From the NCBI GenBank assembly GCA_018304385.1, contig JAGVWJ010000039.1:1-21007 (forward strand): 21,007 nucleotides of DNA, read 5' to 3'. Within the stretch, counting starts at the first letter, position 1; every line of letters begins with the position of its first letter. This document shows positions 1-7,897 of this stretch, one piece after another. The notes below the pieces were generated by a model. That model saw nothing but the letters and a program-made list of their open reading frames with translations, had not been told where the DNA came from and ran no database searches. The translations under genes and the position numbers were made by a program. The DNA comes from Candidatus Micrarchaeota archaeon (GTDB taxonomy: Archaea; Micrarchaeota; Micrarchaeia; Anstonellales; Bilamarchaeaceae).

Positions 1-237
1 GTTGATATTAAAATTTTCCTAGAAGATCATTCGAAGATAGAAAGTATAAAAAAAGCAATTGAAAAAATTGTAAAAGTACAGAAATTTTGGGAAGAAGAAA
101 TTGCTTTTGGCGCAAAAGCGCTTAAGGCAGTATTACTAATGAGCGATAAGGAAGGCGGAATGGATAGCATTGAAGAAAAAATAAAATCTATATCTGGAGT
201 TAGCGAGATAGAAGTAGAAAATGTTACTAGAGTATAA
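1..237 (+). CDS. ef1b: Translation elongation factor aEF-1beta (5' truncated by window edge)
   Basis: Frame 1 reads VDIKIFLEDHSKIESIKK...WEEEIAFGAKALKAVLLMSDKEGGMDSIEEKIKSISGVSEIEVENVTRV* (TAA 235-237). EEEIAFG..AL and EGG.D.IEE.I....GV..IEV are EF-1beta signatures. Not in the ORF track. Confidence 0.93.
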   Translation, partial: VDIKIFLEDHSKIESIKKAIEKIVKVQKFWEEEIAFGAKALKAVLLMSDKEGGMDSIEEKIKSISGVSEIEVENVTRV

Positions 238-255
238 TAAAGAAACAGTTTTTGG

Positions 256-277
256 GCGCTTTTTACCTAAAAAGCGC
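256..277. promoter_or_regulatory. Perfect 9-bp hairpin just upstream of the rps13 ribosome-binding site
   Basis: GCGCTTTTT (256-264), loop ACCT, AAAAAGCGC (269-277); GGTGA at 281-285. Confidence 0.5.
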
Positions 278-289
278 AATGGTGATTTA

Positions 290-997
290 TTGAAGGAAGA
301 AAAAAAGGAAACGCATGAAAAAACTGAAAAAAAGAAAGAGCCATTCAAAAAGCCACAGGCAATGCCAAAAATGGATGATAGACCAGGGTTTAAAGGTATT
401 GTAAGAATTGCTGGAAAGGATATAAGAGGAAATATTAGATTGCGAAGGGCGCTCACATACGTACGAGGGATTGGCCAGAACTTGAGCGTGTCAGCTGCAA
501 ACATTCTTCATTCTAAATTAGGCCTCGCGCCAGATAAGGAAGTAGGGGAGTTAAGCGATCAGGATATTGAAAAAATAGATGGGATACTTTTTAATATCCA
601 AAATCAACACATACCAAAGTTCCTTCTAAATAGACAGGCAGATATGCTAGACGGAACGAACAAACATATAATTATGAGTGATCTTATATTTAATACTAAA
701 CAGGATGTTGAAAGAGAGAAAAAACTTTATACCTGGAAAGGATATAGATTTTATTACGGACAAAAGGTAAGAGGACAGAGAACAAGAAACAGTGGAAGAA
801 CTGGTATGACAGTTGGTGTTCTTAGAAAAGCAGTTATTGCAGCGCAGCAAGCGCAGAAAGAGGCGACTGGAAGACCTGGAACGCCAGGAGCAGCAGCCCC
901 AGCAGCAGGTGCAGCAGCACCTGCAGGAGCAGCGAAACCAGCAGGCGGTGCTGCAAAGCCAGCTGAAAAACCAGCTGCTAAAACAGAGAAGAAATAA
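290..997 (+). CDS. rps13: 30S ribosomal protein S13 (uS13) with N-terminal and Ala/Pro/Gly-rich C-terminal extensions
   Basis: GIVRIAGKDI...ALTYVRGIG and YTWKGYRFYYGQKVRGQRTRNSGRTG motifs. Start moved from 221 to TTG at 290 because GGTGA lies at 281-285 and 221 overlaps EF-1beta. Confidence 0.96.
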   Translation: MKEEKKETHEKTEKKKEPFKKPQAMPKMDDRPGFKGIVRIAGKDIRGNIRLRRALTYVRGIGQNLSVSAANILHSKLGLAPDKEVGELSDQDIEKIDGILFNIQNQHIPKFLLNRQADMLDGTNKHIIMSDLIFNTKQDVEREKKLYTWKGYRFYYGQKVRGQRTRNSGRTGMTVGVLRKAVIAAQQAQKEATGRPGTPGAAAPAAGAAAPAGAAKPAGGAAKPAEKPAAKTEKK

Positions 998-1011
998 GAT
1001 TAAGTGATATT

Positions 1012-1554
1012 ATGGGAGACCCACCAAAACTTAGAAATAAATATTCAAGACCAAAGCACTTATGGGAAGCAGATAGACTAAAAGAGGATACTACGCTTAA
1101 AAAAGAATACGGATTAAAAAACATGCGCGAGCTGTGGATAGCAACAGCAGAACTAAAAAAATATAGACGTGAAGCAAGGCGCTTGTTATCGTTAAGTGCA
1201 GAAGAACGCGAAAAAGACAAAATAAAAATACTAACAAAGTTAAATAATCTCGGAATATTAGATAAAGATTCGGCTGTAGATGATATCTTATCATTAACTG
1301 TAAAACATATATTAGAAAGAAGATTGGCTACAATAGTTTTAAGAAAAGGATTAGCGCATACAATGCCGCAAAGCCGTCAACTTATAACACATGGATTCAT
1401 AGCTATTGGAGGTAGAAAGGTATCTGCTCCAAGTTATTTAGTTTATAAAGAACAAGAGGTAGTAATATCTTATTCAAAACCAATAGATTTAAGTAAAAAA
1501 CCACTGGTAATAGAGGAGAAAAAAGAGGAAACAAAAGTGGAAAATGCAGCTTAG
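1012..1554 (+). CDS. rps4: 30S ribosomal protein S4 (uS4, archaeal type)
   Basis: MGDPPKLRNKYSRPKHLW, EYGLKNMRELW, ILERRLATIV, SRQLITHGFI. Confidence 0.97.
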   Translation: MGDPPKLRNKYSRPKHLWEADRLKEDTTLKKEYGLKNMRELWIATAELKKYRREARRLLSLSAEEREKDKIKILTKLNNLGILDKDSAVDDILSLTVKHILERRLATIVLRKGLAHTMPQSRQLITHGFIAIGGRKVSAPSYLVYKEQEVVISYSKPIDLSKKPLVIEEKKEETKVENAA

Positions 1555-1573
1555 AAAACAAAGGTAGATACAG

Positions 1574-2044
1574 ATGACTGAAGAAAAAAAACCAGAGGTA
1601 AAAACTGAACAAAAAGAAACACCAGCGCAAGCGCCAAAACCACCAGAGCTTAAAAGAGCAAAGCCACGATTTGCAGTTGTTCATGTATACTCATCTAAAA
1701 ACGACACTATAATTACAGCAACAGATTTAAGCGGTGCAGAAACATTAGCATGGGCAAGTGGCGGTATGATGGTAAAATCAGATCGTGAAGAAGGAAAACC
1801 TTACGCAGCTATGCAGGCAACTCTTAAAATTGTTGGCAACTTAAAAGAAAAGGGAATTACTCATGTTCACGTACGCATTCGCGCTCCTGGTGGTAATGGA
1901 TTAAAAACACCCGGGCCTGGTGCACAGGCAGTTATTAGAACAATGGCAAGAACTGGCATACGCATAGGCAAAATAGATGATGTTACACCTGTTCCTACTG
2001 ATTCCATGAAAAGAAAGGGTGGAAGAAGAGGAAGAAGGGTATAG
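1574..2044 (+). CDS. rps11: 30S ribosomal protein S11 (uS11)
   Basis: [72 protein letters not shown]. Confidence 0.98.
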   Translation: MTEEKKPEVKTEQKETPAQAPKPPELKRAKPRFAVVHVYSSKNDTIITATDLSGAETLAWASGGMMVKSDREEGKPYAAMQATLKIVGNLKEKGITHVHVRIRAPGGNGLKTPGPGAQAVIRTMARTGIRIGKIDDVTPVPTDSMKRKGGRRGRRV

Positions 2045-2078
2045 ATTGGCAATGGGCAGTGAGCCTTGAGCAATGAGC
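2044..2078. repeat. Degenerate 7-bp tandem repeat (5 units ending in GC) between rps11 and rpoD
   Basis: GATTGGC AATGGGC AGTGAGC CTTGAGC AATGAGC. Confidence 0.7.
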
Positions 2079-2089
2079 ATGGTGATATT

Positions 2090-2677
2090 TTGAAAGTCTC
2101 GCTTGAAAAGGAAAGAGCAAATAAAATTGAGTTATCAATTGAAGGAATAAATATAACATTTGCTAATGCAATTCGTAGATACGGAATGATGCGCACACCG
2201 ATACTAGCAATAGATAATGTAGTATTCTATGATAATACAGCTTGGATTTTTGATGAATACTTATCGCATCGCCTGGGTATGATGCCAATAACAACACCAG
2301 AAAAATTACCCCAAGATGTGGAAGTAATATTTACATTAGATGAAACTGGCCCAAAAATTGTCTATTCAAAAGATATAAAAAGCAATGATAAAGAGATTTC
2401 AGTTGCAAGAGAGCAGATACCGCTATTAACATTAAACGAAAATCAGAGATTACGCTTTGAAGCAAAAGCAAAATTAGGTTATGGCACAAAGCATGCAAAA
2501 TTCCAAGCTGGTTTGGTTACTTATGAAGCTATTGGTGAAAACAAATTTAAATTCAAGGTAGAAAGTTTTTATCAGATGAAACCAACTGAAGTTATTGTAA
2601 GGGGATGCAACGAATTAGAAAAAGATCTTGCTGAAGCTGCAAAAGAATTAAAGAAAGCAGAAAAGAAGAAGGATTAG
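2090..2677 (+). CDS. rpoD: DNA-directed RNA polymerase subunit D (Rpo3), short form
   Basis: FANAIRR...TPILAIDNVVFYDNT..FDEYLSHRLGMMP; G.G.KHAKFQAG. TTG start at 2090 after GGTGA (2081-2085); canonical position after rps11. Confidence 0.95.
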   Translation: MKVSLEKERANKIELSIEGINITFANAIRRYGMMRTPILAIDNVVFYDNTAWIFDEYLSHRLGMMPITTPEKLPQDVEVIFTLDETGPKIVYSKDIKSNDKEISVAREQIPLLTLNENQRLRFEAKAKLGYGTKHAKFQAGLVTYEAIGENKFKFKVESFYQMKPTEVIVRGCNELEKDLAEAAKELKKAEKKKD

Positions 2678-2720
2678 CACTAATTTTAATTCAACTGGTT
2701 GCATACCGAATATAGGTCTA

Positions 2721-2750
2721 TTTTTAAATATATACATAATTGTATATATT
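2721..2750 (+). promoter_or_regulatory. TATA box plus 10-bp perfect inverted repeat (candidate PadR operator)
   Basis: TTTTTAAATA at 2721-2730; AATATATACA (2727-2736), TAAT, TGTATATATT (2741-2750), ending directly before the ATG at 2751. Confidence 0.6.
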
Positions 2751-3077
2751 ATGAGAAATTTAAATATAGTTCCGTCACATATCTTAAAAAAAATGTATCT
2801 TTTTATCCTCTGGCTTATAAGCAAGAGAGAATTACATGGGTATGGAATGATCAAACTACTGAACAAAGAAGGTATGAAACATGCAACTGCTAGCAGACTC
2901 TATCCTCTTCTTAATATAATGTACAAGGAAAATCTAATTTTTCAAAAAGAAAAGAAGCAAGGAAAGAGAGTAAGAAAGATATATGCGCTTACTGCAAAGG
3001 GAAAAAAGAAACTCAGTGATGGAAAGAAAATGTTCCCTCCATTAATGCGTGAGTTCCTAAAAGAGATGATTGGATGA
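2751..3077 (+). CDS. PadR-family transcriptional regulator
   Basis: ILWLISKRELHGYGMIKLL...LYPLLNIM...RKIYALTAKGKK is the typical PadR winged-helix pattern. Confidence 0.92.
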   Translation: MRNLNIVPSHILKKMYLFILWLISKRELHGYGMIKLLNKEGMKHATASRLYPLLNIMYKENLIFQKEKKQGKRVRKIYALTAKGKKKLSDGKKMFPPLMREFLKEMIG

Positions 3078-3748
3078 AACAGGACGTCATACGGCTGGAA
3101 AACGTATCAAAAATATATGATATGGGTGAGGAGAAGATTTTCGCACTTGATGAAATTGACTTGAACATAGAAAAAAATGATTTCGTGAGCATCCTCGGCC
3201 CTAGTGGAAGCGGAAAAAGCACGCTTTTGCACATTCTTGGCTTATTAGACGACCCTACAAGCGGAAAGGTTTTTCTAGACGGAGTTGAGATAAACAAGCT
3301 AAATGAGGATACTCGCGCTCATTTAAGAGGAAAGAAAATTGGCTTTGTATTCCAAACATTTAATCTAGTTCCAAGTCTCACTGTATTGGAAAATGTTGCA
3401 TTGCCTGCTGTAATATATGAACAAGATGAATATTCAGCCCATTCAAGGGCTACTAAAATATTAGAAAAAATAGGCATGGGTGATAGGCTTTTGCATTATC
3501 CTGGCCAGCTTAGTGGCGGGCAAAGACAAAGGGTTGCAATTGCACGTGCACTAGTAAACGAACCAGAGATAGTATTAGCCGATGAACCTACAGGCAATTT
3601 AGATTCAAAAACTGGAAGCGAGGTACTTAAAATGTTTAGAGGATTGCATGAAGAAGGTAAAACGATCGCCATCATAACACATGACGCTAGTATAACCAAA
3701 ATAACAAAAAGGATAATCAGAATAAAGGATGGAAAAATAACGGGGTGA
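3074..3748 (+). CDS. ABC transporter ATP-binding protein (LolD/MacB type)
   Basis: Walker A GPSGSGKS, signature LSGGQRQRVAIARAL, Walker B IVLADEPTGNLD, H-loop ITHD. Confidence 0.96.
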   Translation: MKQDVIRLENVSKIYDMGEEKIFALDEIDLNIEKNDFVSILGPSGSGKSTLLHILGLLDDPTSGKVFLDGVEINKLNEDTRAHLRGKKIGFVFQTFNLVPSLTVLENVALPAVIYEQDEYSAHSRATKILEKIGMGDRLLHYPGQLSGGQRQRVAIARALVNEPEIVLADEPTGNLDSKTGSEVLKMFRGLHEEGKTIAIITHDASITKITKRIIRIKDGKITG

Positions 3749-3752
3749 GATT

Positions 3753-5225
3753 ATGAAATCTGTGGTATTTGTCATTTTATTCATTTTATTAGGTGGTGTC
3801 TTATTCGCGCCATTATCAATAGATTCTTATGAACTTACCCCATCAGAATTAAAACTAGGCCAAGAAGGTTCGATAAAAATAGTGCTCAAAAATATACAAC
3901 TAACAGGAGTGACTACTGCCTCCCAGGTAGATGACATAACGGTTTATTATAACTCAATAGAAGGCATAGATGTAAGAGTAGACCAACCAATAAGAGTAGG
4001 CACAATAGAAAGCGGATCTAGCGCCATAGTAACAGTGCCAATTAGGGTCTTACCAAATGCTAAGGCAGGCATAATTCCTGTTTCATTTTCAATTAAACAA
4101 AAAGATGGCGACACGCAAAACTTAATAGTTCCTGTTAAGATTTCTAACCCCCCAATATTAACCTTATCCTTAGATAAACAGACTATTAGCAGTACAGATA
4201 CGTTAAATGTAACCATTACGAATAATGGAGGAAATGTGAATAAACTTATTGTACGATTAAACAATACGGAAAAATTTTCTTTTGTAGGTACTGACCAGAT
4301 ATATGTTGGAGGTATAAATGGTTCTAAAACATTCAAAATTGCCATTGACTCGAGAAACGCTGACGAGGGGGTTAATACAATTCCCTTGCTACTCGCCTAC
4401 GAAGAAGAAGGTGGCGATTCTGCAAGCGAAGCAAAAAATATTGCCATAACTGTAAAAAAAGAAAAGGCAGATGTTATTTTTAGCCAGGAGGCTCAGATTG
4501 TAACATCTATTGATAATGTGCTCAAACTAAAAGTAAGAAACATCGGCCGGTCGCTTAATGATTTTCGGGTAATCCTTGAAGATGATAATATAAAGGCCAA
4601 AGAAACAAAAGAAATAAAGCTTGGCGATTTTGCTGCTGATGATGAAAAAATAATAGATATACGCGTATTCGCTGATACAGAACCAGGAGTTAGAAATACC
4701 AATATAAAACTTAAATGGGTAGAGGAAGACGTGGAAAAAGAGGAAAAGATAACTATTCCTATTGTTGTAAGCTCAGATGCGGATGTAGGAATATTCCTTG
4801 ACTCCAAACCTGCGCCTCTTGTACCAACTGGAGAGCACACCCTATCCGTAACGGTATCAAATATTGGTTCTTACAGAATTGAAAATGTTGAGGTTGCACT
4901 TCAAGAGAATGATATACTGGAGGTTCTTAATGCCCAAAGGTCACAATATATAGGTGGTCTGGAGAACGATGCCTTCAGCGCGGTTCAATATAAAATCAGA
5001 ATAAAAAATATCCAACCAGGGACCCATACCCTTCCTATATTTGTAAGATATAAAGATCAATCAGGAATCTGGATAGAAAAAAATATAACTAGCAGTGTTG
5101 TTATAAGGCCTTTTGAAGAATCTGGAAAGAAAGGTGGCAGCACTCTGCCGTATATAGTTGGTGCAGCTTTATTGCTACTATCTATATACTGGTATTTTAG
5201 AAGAAAAAAGAAACAAGTGGTATAA
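3753..5225 (+). CDS. Secreted, membrane-anchored Ig-like repeat protein (COG1361 S-layer-domain-like)
   Basis: N-terminal signal peptide; repeated beta-rich ..V.N.G....V.V.L modules with YIG.LE motifs; C-terminal TM helix plus basic tail (IYWYFRRKKK); typical companion of archaeal MacB-like ABC operons. Confidence 0.8.
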   Translation: MKSVVFVILFILLGGVLFAPLSIDSYELTPSELKLGQEGSIKIVLKNIQLTGVTTASQVDDITVYYNSIEGIDVRVDQPIRVGTIESGSSAIVTVPIRVLPNAKAGIIPVSFSIKQKDGDTQNLIVPVKISNPPILTLSLDKQTISSTDTLNVTITNNGGNVNKLIVRLNNTEKFSFVGTDQIYVGGINGSKTFKIAIDSRNADEGVNTIPLLLAYEEEGGDSASEAKNIAITVKKEKADVIFSQEAQIVTSIDNVLKLKVRNIGRSLNDFRVILEDDNIKAKETKEIKLGDFAADDEKIIDIRVFADTEPGVRNTNIKLKWVEEDVEKEEKITIPIVVSSDADVGIFLDSKPAPLVPTGEHTLSVTVSNIGSYRIENVEVALQENDILEVLNAQRSQYIGGLENDAFSAVQYKIRIKNIQPGTHTLPIFVRYKDQSGIWIEKNITSSVVIRPFEESGKKGGSTLPYIVGAALLLLSIYWYFRRKKKQVV

Positions 5226-6458
5226 TTGAAACTTGTTGATATGATTAAGTATTCTGTAAATAGCCTAAAACACCGCCAGATACGGTCATGGCTAACCATG
5301 CTTGGGATTATAATTGGAATAGCTGCCGTTGTGTCCCTTTTAACTATTGGTCAGGGATTTAATGATGAAATAGAAAAACAACTATCTGCATTTGGTTCTA
5401 ATACAATTTTTGTAGCCCCGATAGCAGAATCACAGGGCACTGCTGCTGCATTTCGTGGAGGGCCAGGCACATCACCAACATCAGGAAAACTTTTCGAAAG
5501 AGATGCTGACAGGTTGAGAAGAATAGCTGAAATAGATGAAATCTCCAAGCTTATCATGGGAAGGGGAACTGTTGGTTTCAAAGATAAACAGATAACTTCT
5601 TCTGTACAAGGCATAGAACCAGGAATATTTGAGAAGACAACATTAGTAGAAATTGAGAATGGGAGATTTCTTATAGATAATGACCAATATGTTGCAGTAA
5701 TAGGATCAACTTTATCTGAAGAATCTTTTGGAACTAATAAAGTTAGCGTGAACAGTTTCATAACAATAAATGGAAAGAAATTCCGTGTTGTTGGTGTATT
5801 AAAGAAAACTGGTGGTGGTTTTGGGCCGTCATCGCAATTAGATACTGCATTATTAGTTCCGTTCAAAGATGCGCAAACGCTTTTCAAAGACTCGCTCGCT
5901 GAGAACGAAGTTGGCGCAATAGTTGTAACTATAAAAGAAGGTTCAGATGTAGAAGAGATTAGTGATAAAATAATACAGGAAATTGCTAATTCGCATAAAG
6001 TACGCGCAGACGAGAAGGATTTTAGTGTAATAAATCCAAAAACAATACAGGAAACAATTGGCGCGATTATTGGACTCGTTACTATATTTTTAGGAGCTGT
6101 TGCTGCTATATCTCTTATAGTTGGCGGTATTGGAATTGCGAATACCATGTTTACCAGCGTGCTCGAACGAACGCATGAAATAGGCGTGCTAAAGGCTGTT
6201 GGCGCAACGCGAAACGATATTCTCAAGATATTTGTTTTTGAAAGCGCAGCGTTAGGTGGTGTTGGCGGAGTGCTTGGAACAGCTTTTGGTATAATTGTAG
6301 TATATTTAGCTGGTGCTGCAGGAGCGCCTGTTTCTATTAAAATCGAGATAATATTGTTTGCAATAACATTTTCTATAGTTATTGGTCTTATTTCTGGATT
6401 TGTTCCTGCGCGTCGGGCTGCTGCACTCTCGCCGGTGGATGCATTGAGATATGAATAG
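5226..6458 (+). CDS. ABC transporter permease (MacB/FtsX family)
   Basis: RSWLTMLGIIIGIAAVVSL, VGGIGIANTMFTSVLERTHEIGVLKAVGA, PARRAAALSPVDALRYE; TTG start. Confidence 0.96.
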   Translation: MKLVDMIKYSVNSLKHRQIRSWLTMLGIIIGIAAVVSLLTIGQGFNDEIEKQLSAFGSNTIFVAPIAESQGTAAAFRGGPGTSPTSGKLFERDADRLRRIAEIDEISKLIMGRGTVGFKDKQITSSVQGIEPGIFEKTTLVEIENGRFLIDNDQYVAVIGSTLSEESFGTNKVSVNSFITINGKKFRVVGVLKKTGGGFGPSSQLDTALLVPFKDAQTLFKDSLAENEVGAIVVTIKEGSDVEEISDKIIQEIANSHKVRADEKDFSVINPKTIQETIGAIIGLVTIFLGAVAAISLIVGGIGIANTMFTSVLERTHEIGVLKAVGATRNDILKIFVFESAALGGVGGVLGTAFGIIVVYLAGAAGAPVSIKIEIILFAITFSIVIGLISGFVPARRAAALSPVDALRYE

Positions 6459-6462
6459 ATTG

Positions 6463-6484
6463 CAATGAGCCTTGAGCTGTGAGC
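6463..6484. repeat. Degenerate 7-bp tandem repeat (3 units) after the permease stop
   Basis: CAATGAG CCTTGAG CTGTGAG C; shares TGAGCCTTGAGC (6466-6477) with 2060-2071. Confidence 0.65.
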
Positions 6485-6574
6485 AAACACGCGACAGGCG
6501 CTTTGTTCACGACTGGAGCATGTTCAATGAGCCAGACACTGGTTATGAGTTTTGGGCTGAGGAGAAGAAGAATT

Positions 6575-7426
6575 TTATATGACATTTTTATAATAATTCC
6601 AGTAATCTTCCTTTAATCCTTTTATTAATGATGTAAATCTAATACCTAGTCTTTTTATTTTCTTATTGCTGACAAAAAAGCTCTCATTTGCAAATGGAAA
6701 TTCTTCTTCTTTGAATTTTTCTCTATCCGCGCTGGGATTAAATTGAATCTTAGGTTTTATACCTACAATTTTTCCCATCTGTTCTACTAGTTTTCTAAGT
6801 GTAATTATGTCATCCCCTGCGCAGTTGAATGCACCAACTATTTTGTTCTCAGTCAACAATGCTATTATATCTACAACTTCCTTTGCAAACACAAATTGTA
6901 TTTTTGCTTTCCCATCTCCTGGCAAAACCAAAGGAATGCCTTGTTTTATTCTAGAATATATAAAGTGTTCTCTATCAACATAATTTCTAGGGCCAAGAAT
7001 ATACACTGGTCTTATTGTCGCGTATTTTATTCCGCTTTTTTCGAGAATTTTTTCACATTCCGCTTTTCCTTTGTTATAATTTCCCCATAAGGGCCAGTTA
7101 CCGAGTTCTGATTCTTCGGTTAATGGAAATTTATCAGTCTTCTTATATGAAGCAACAGTCCCGAAATTTATAAAAAAATCAAAATTAAGCTGTTCGATTG
7201 CTTTTTTTGTTTGTTCACCCTTGTAAGCGCACATATCTATAACTACATCGAATTTGTCTTTTATATTAAAGTCATTGTTCCTATCTCCTTGGATGAATGT
7301 TACATGCGAATAATTCGACTCTATTTTACCACGATTAAAGATTGTTATAGTATGACCATTCTTAAAGAGTTTTTGGATTAGATATGGGCCAACAAACCTA
7401 GACCCGCCTATTATTAGTATTTTCAT
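6575..7426 (-). CDS. NAD-dependent epimerase/dehydratase family protein (atypical SDR)
   Basis: MKILIIGGSRFVG Rossmann motif, YNKGK (YxxxK), IRPVYILGP. Confidence 0.9.
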   Translation of the reverse strand: MKILIIGGSRFVGPYLIQKLFKNGHTITIFNRGKIESNYSHVTFIQGDRNNDFNIKDKFDVVIDMCAYKGEQTKKAIEQLNFDFFINFGTVASYKKTDKFPLTEESELGNWPLWGNYNKGKAECEKILEKSGIKYATIRPVYILGPRNYVDREHFIYSRIKQGIPLVLPGDGKAKIQFVFAKEVVDIIALLTENKIVGAFNCAGDDIITLRKLVEQMGKIVGIKPKIQFNPSADREKFKEEEFPFANESFFVSNKKIKRLGIRFTSLIKGLKEDYWNYYKNVI

Positions 7427-7570
7427 GTTTTTGTTTACACAATTCTGTTTTTAATAAGTTGGGTCCTAATTTTTTACTTATATTTTACTTCTATAAGTAA
7501 GACATAGAATTGCCGACGCAGCAGAAGAAAATATAAGACTGCGTCTTTATAGAGAATATAAGTAGTACGA

Positions 7571-7582
7571 CGGAAATATAAG
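7571..7582 (+). promoter_or_regulatory. Probable BRE/TATA promoter of tRNA-Leu
   Basis: CGGAAATATAAG about 30 nt upstream of the tRNA 5' end at 7610. Confidence 0.45.
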
Positions 7583-7624
7583 AATGAGAATCTAGAAGTA
7601 TAATATAGTGCAGGGGTGGCGGAG

Positions 7625-7673
7625 TCACATCAGTTTCGAGTTTCCGGTTTCGGGTCTCGAGAATGTGTCGCAA
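7625..7673 (+). other. tRNA intron 1, 49 nt, D-loop position 15/16, BHB-type
   Basis: Central helix GCGG (7619-7622) / TCGC (7668-7671); 3-nt bulges AG|T and AA|C; inner helix CACAT/ATGTG. Removal restores the D-loop AGCGGCCAA. Confidence 0.88.
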
Positions 7674-7728
7674 CGGCCAAACGCGTAAGGTTGAGGGCCT
7701 TATGGCTTAGTGCCTTCAAGTGTTCGAA

Positions 7729-7897
7729 ATTGCTGCTTTCTTAAAAAGAAAGCAGTGGCAAAGAAACACGATATTTCGTGTTTTTGGCTCAAGCCTTTTT
7801 TATATTAGAAAATATTTATTCTAAAAAGGCTTTGTCAAAGTGGCAAAAAAACTTTGACAAATCGTTACATCATAGATGTAAAGGCTTGAACGAGCAA
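7729..7897 (+). other. tRNA intron 2, about 169 nt, T-loop (59/60, or 57/58-58/59), relaxed BHB
   Basis: Removal restores TTCGAAT. Central helix TTCG (7723-7726) / CGAG (7891-7894), 5' bulge AAA, 3' bulge of 4 nt (CAAT); the exact junction can slide by 1-2 nt. Confidence 0.82.

Noticed and set aside
2090-2677. RpoD is only 195 aa and lacks the Fe-S-binding domain
   Set aside because: Short RpoD forms without this domain are already known in several archaeal lineages.
136-6585. Antisense ORFs in the track over this region (e.g. 136-504, 647-850, 978-1220, 1403-1684, 1867-2196, 3013-3297, 3947-4345, 4493-4840, 5351-6490, 6388-6585)
   Set aside because: They lie opposite well-supported genes and have shadow-frame composition with no motifs.
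7491-7673. 60-aa minus-strand ORF (MRHILETRNRKLET...)
   Set aside because: It overlaps the tRNA and its promoter; the ETRNRKLET stretch is just the 7-mer repeat translated.
7729-7897. C/D-box guide RNA or ORF nested in the long tRNA intron
   Set aside because: No RTGATGA/CTGA box pair and no credible ORF.
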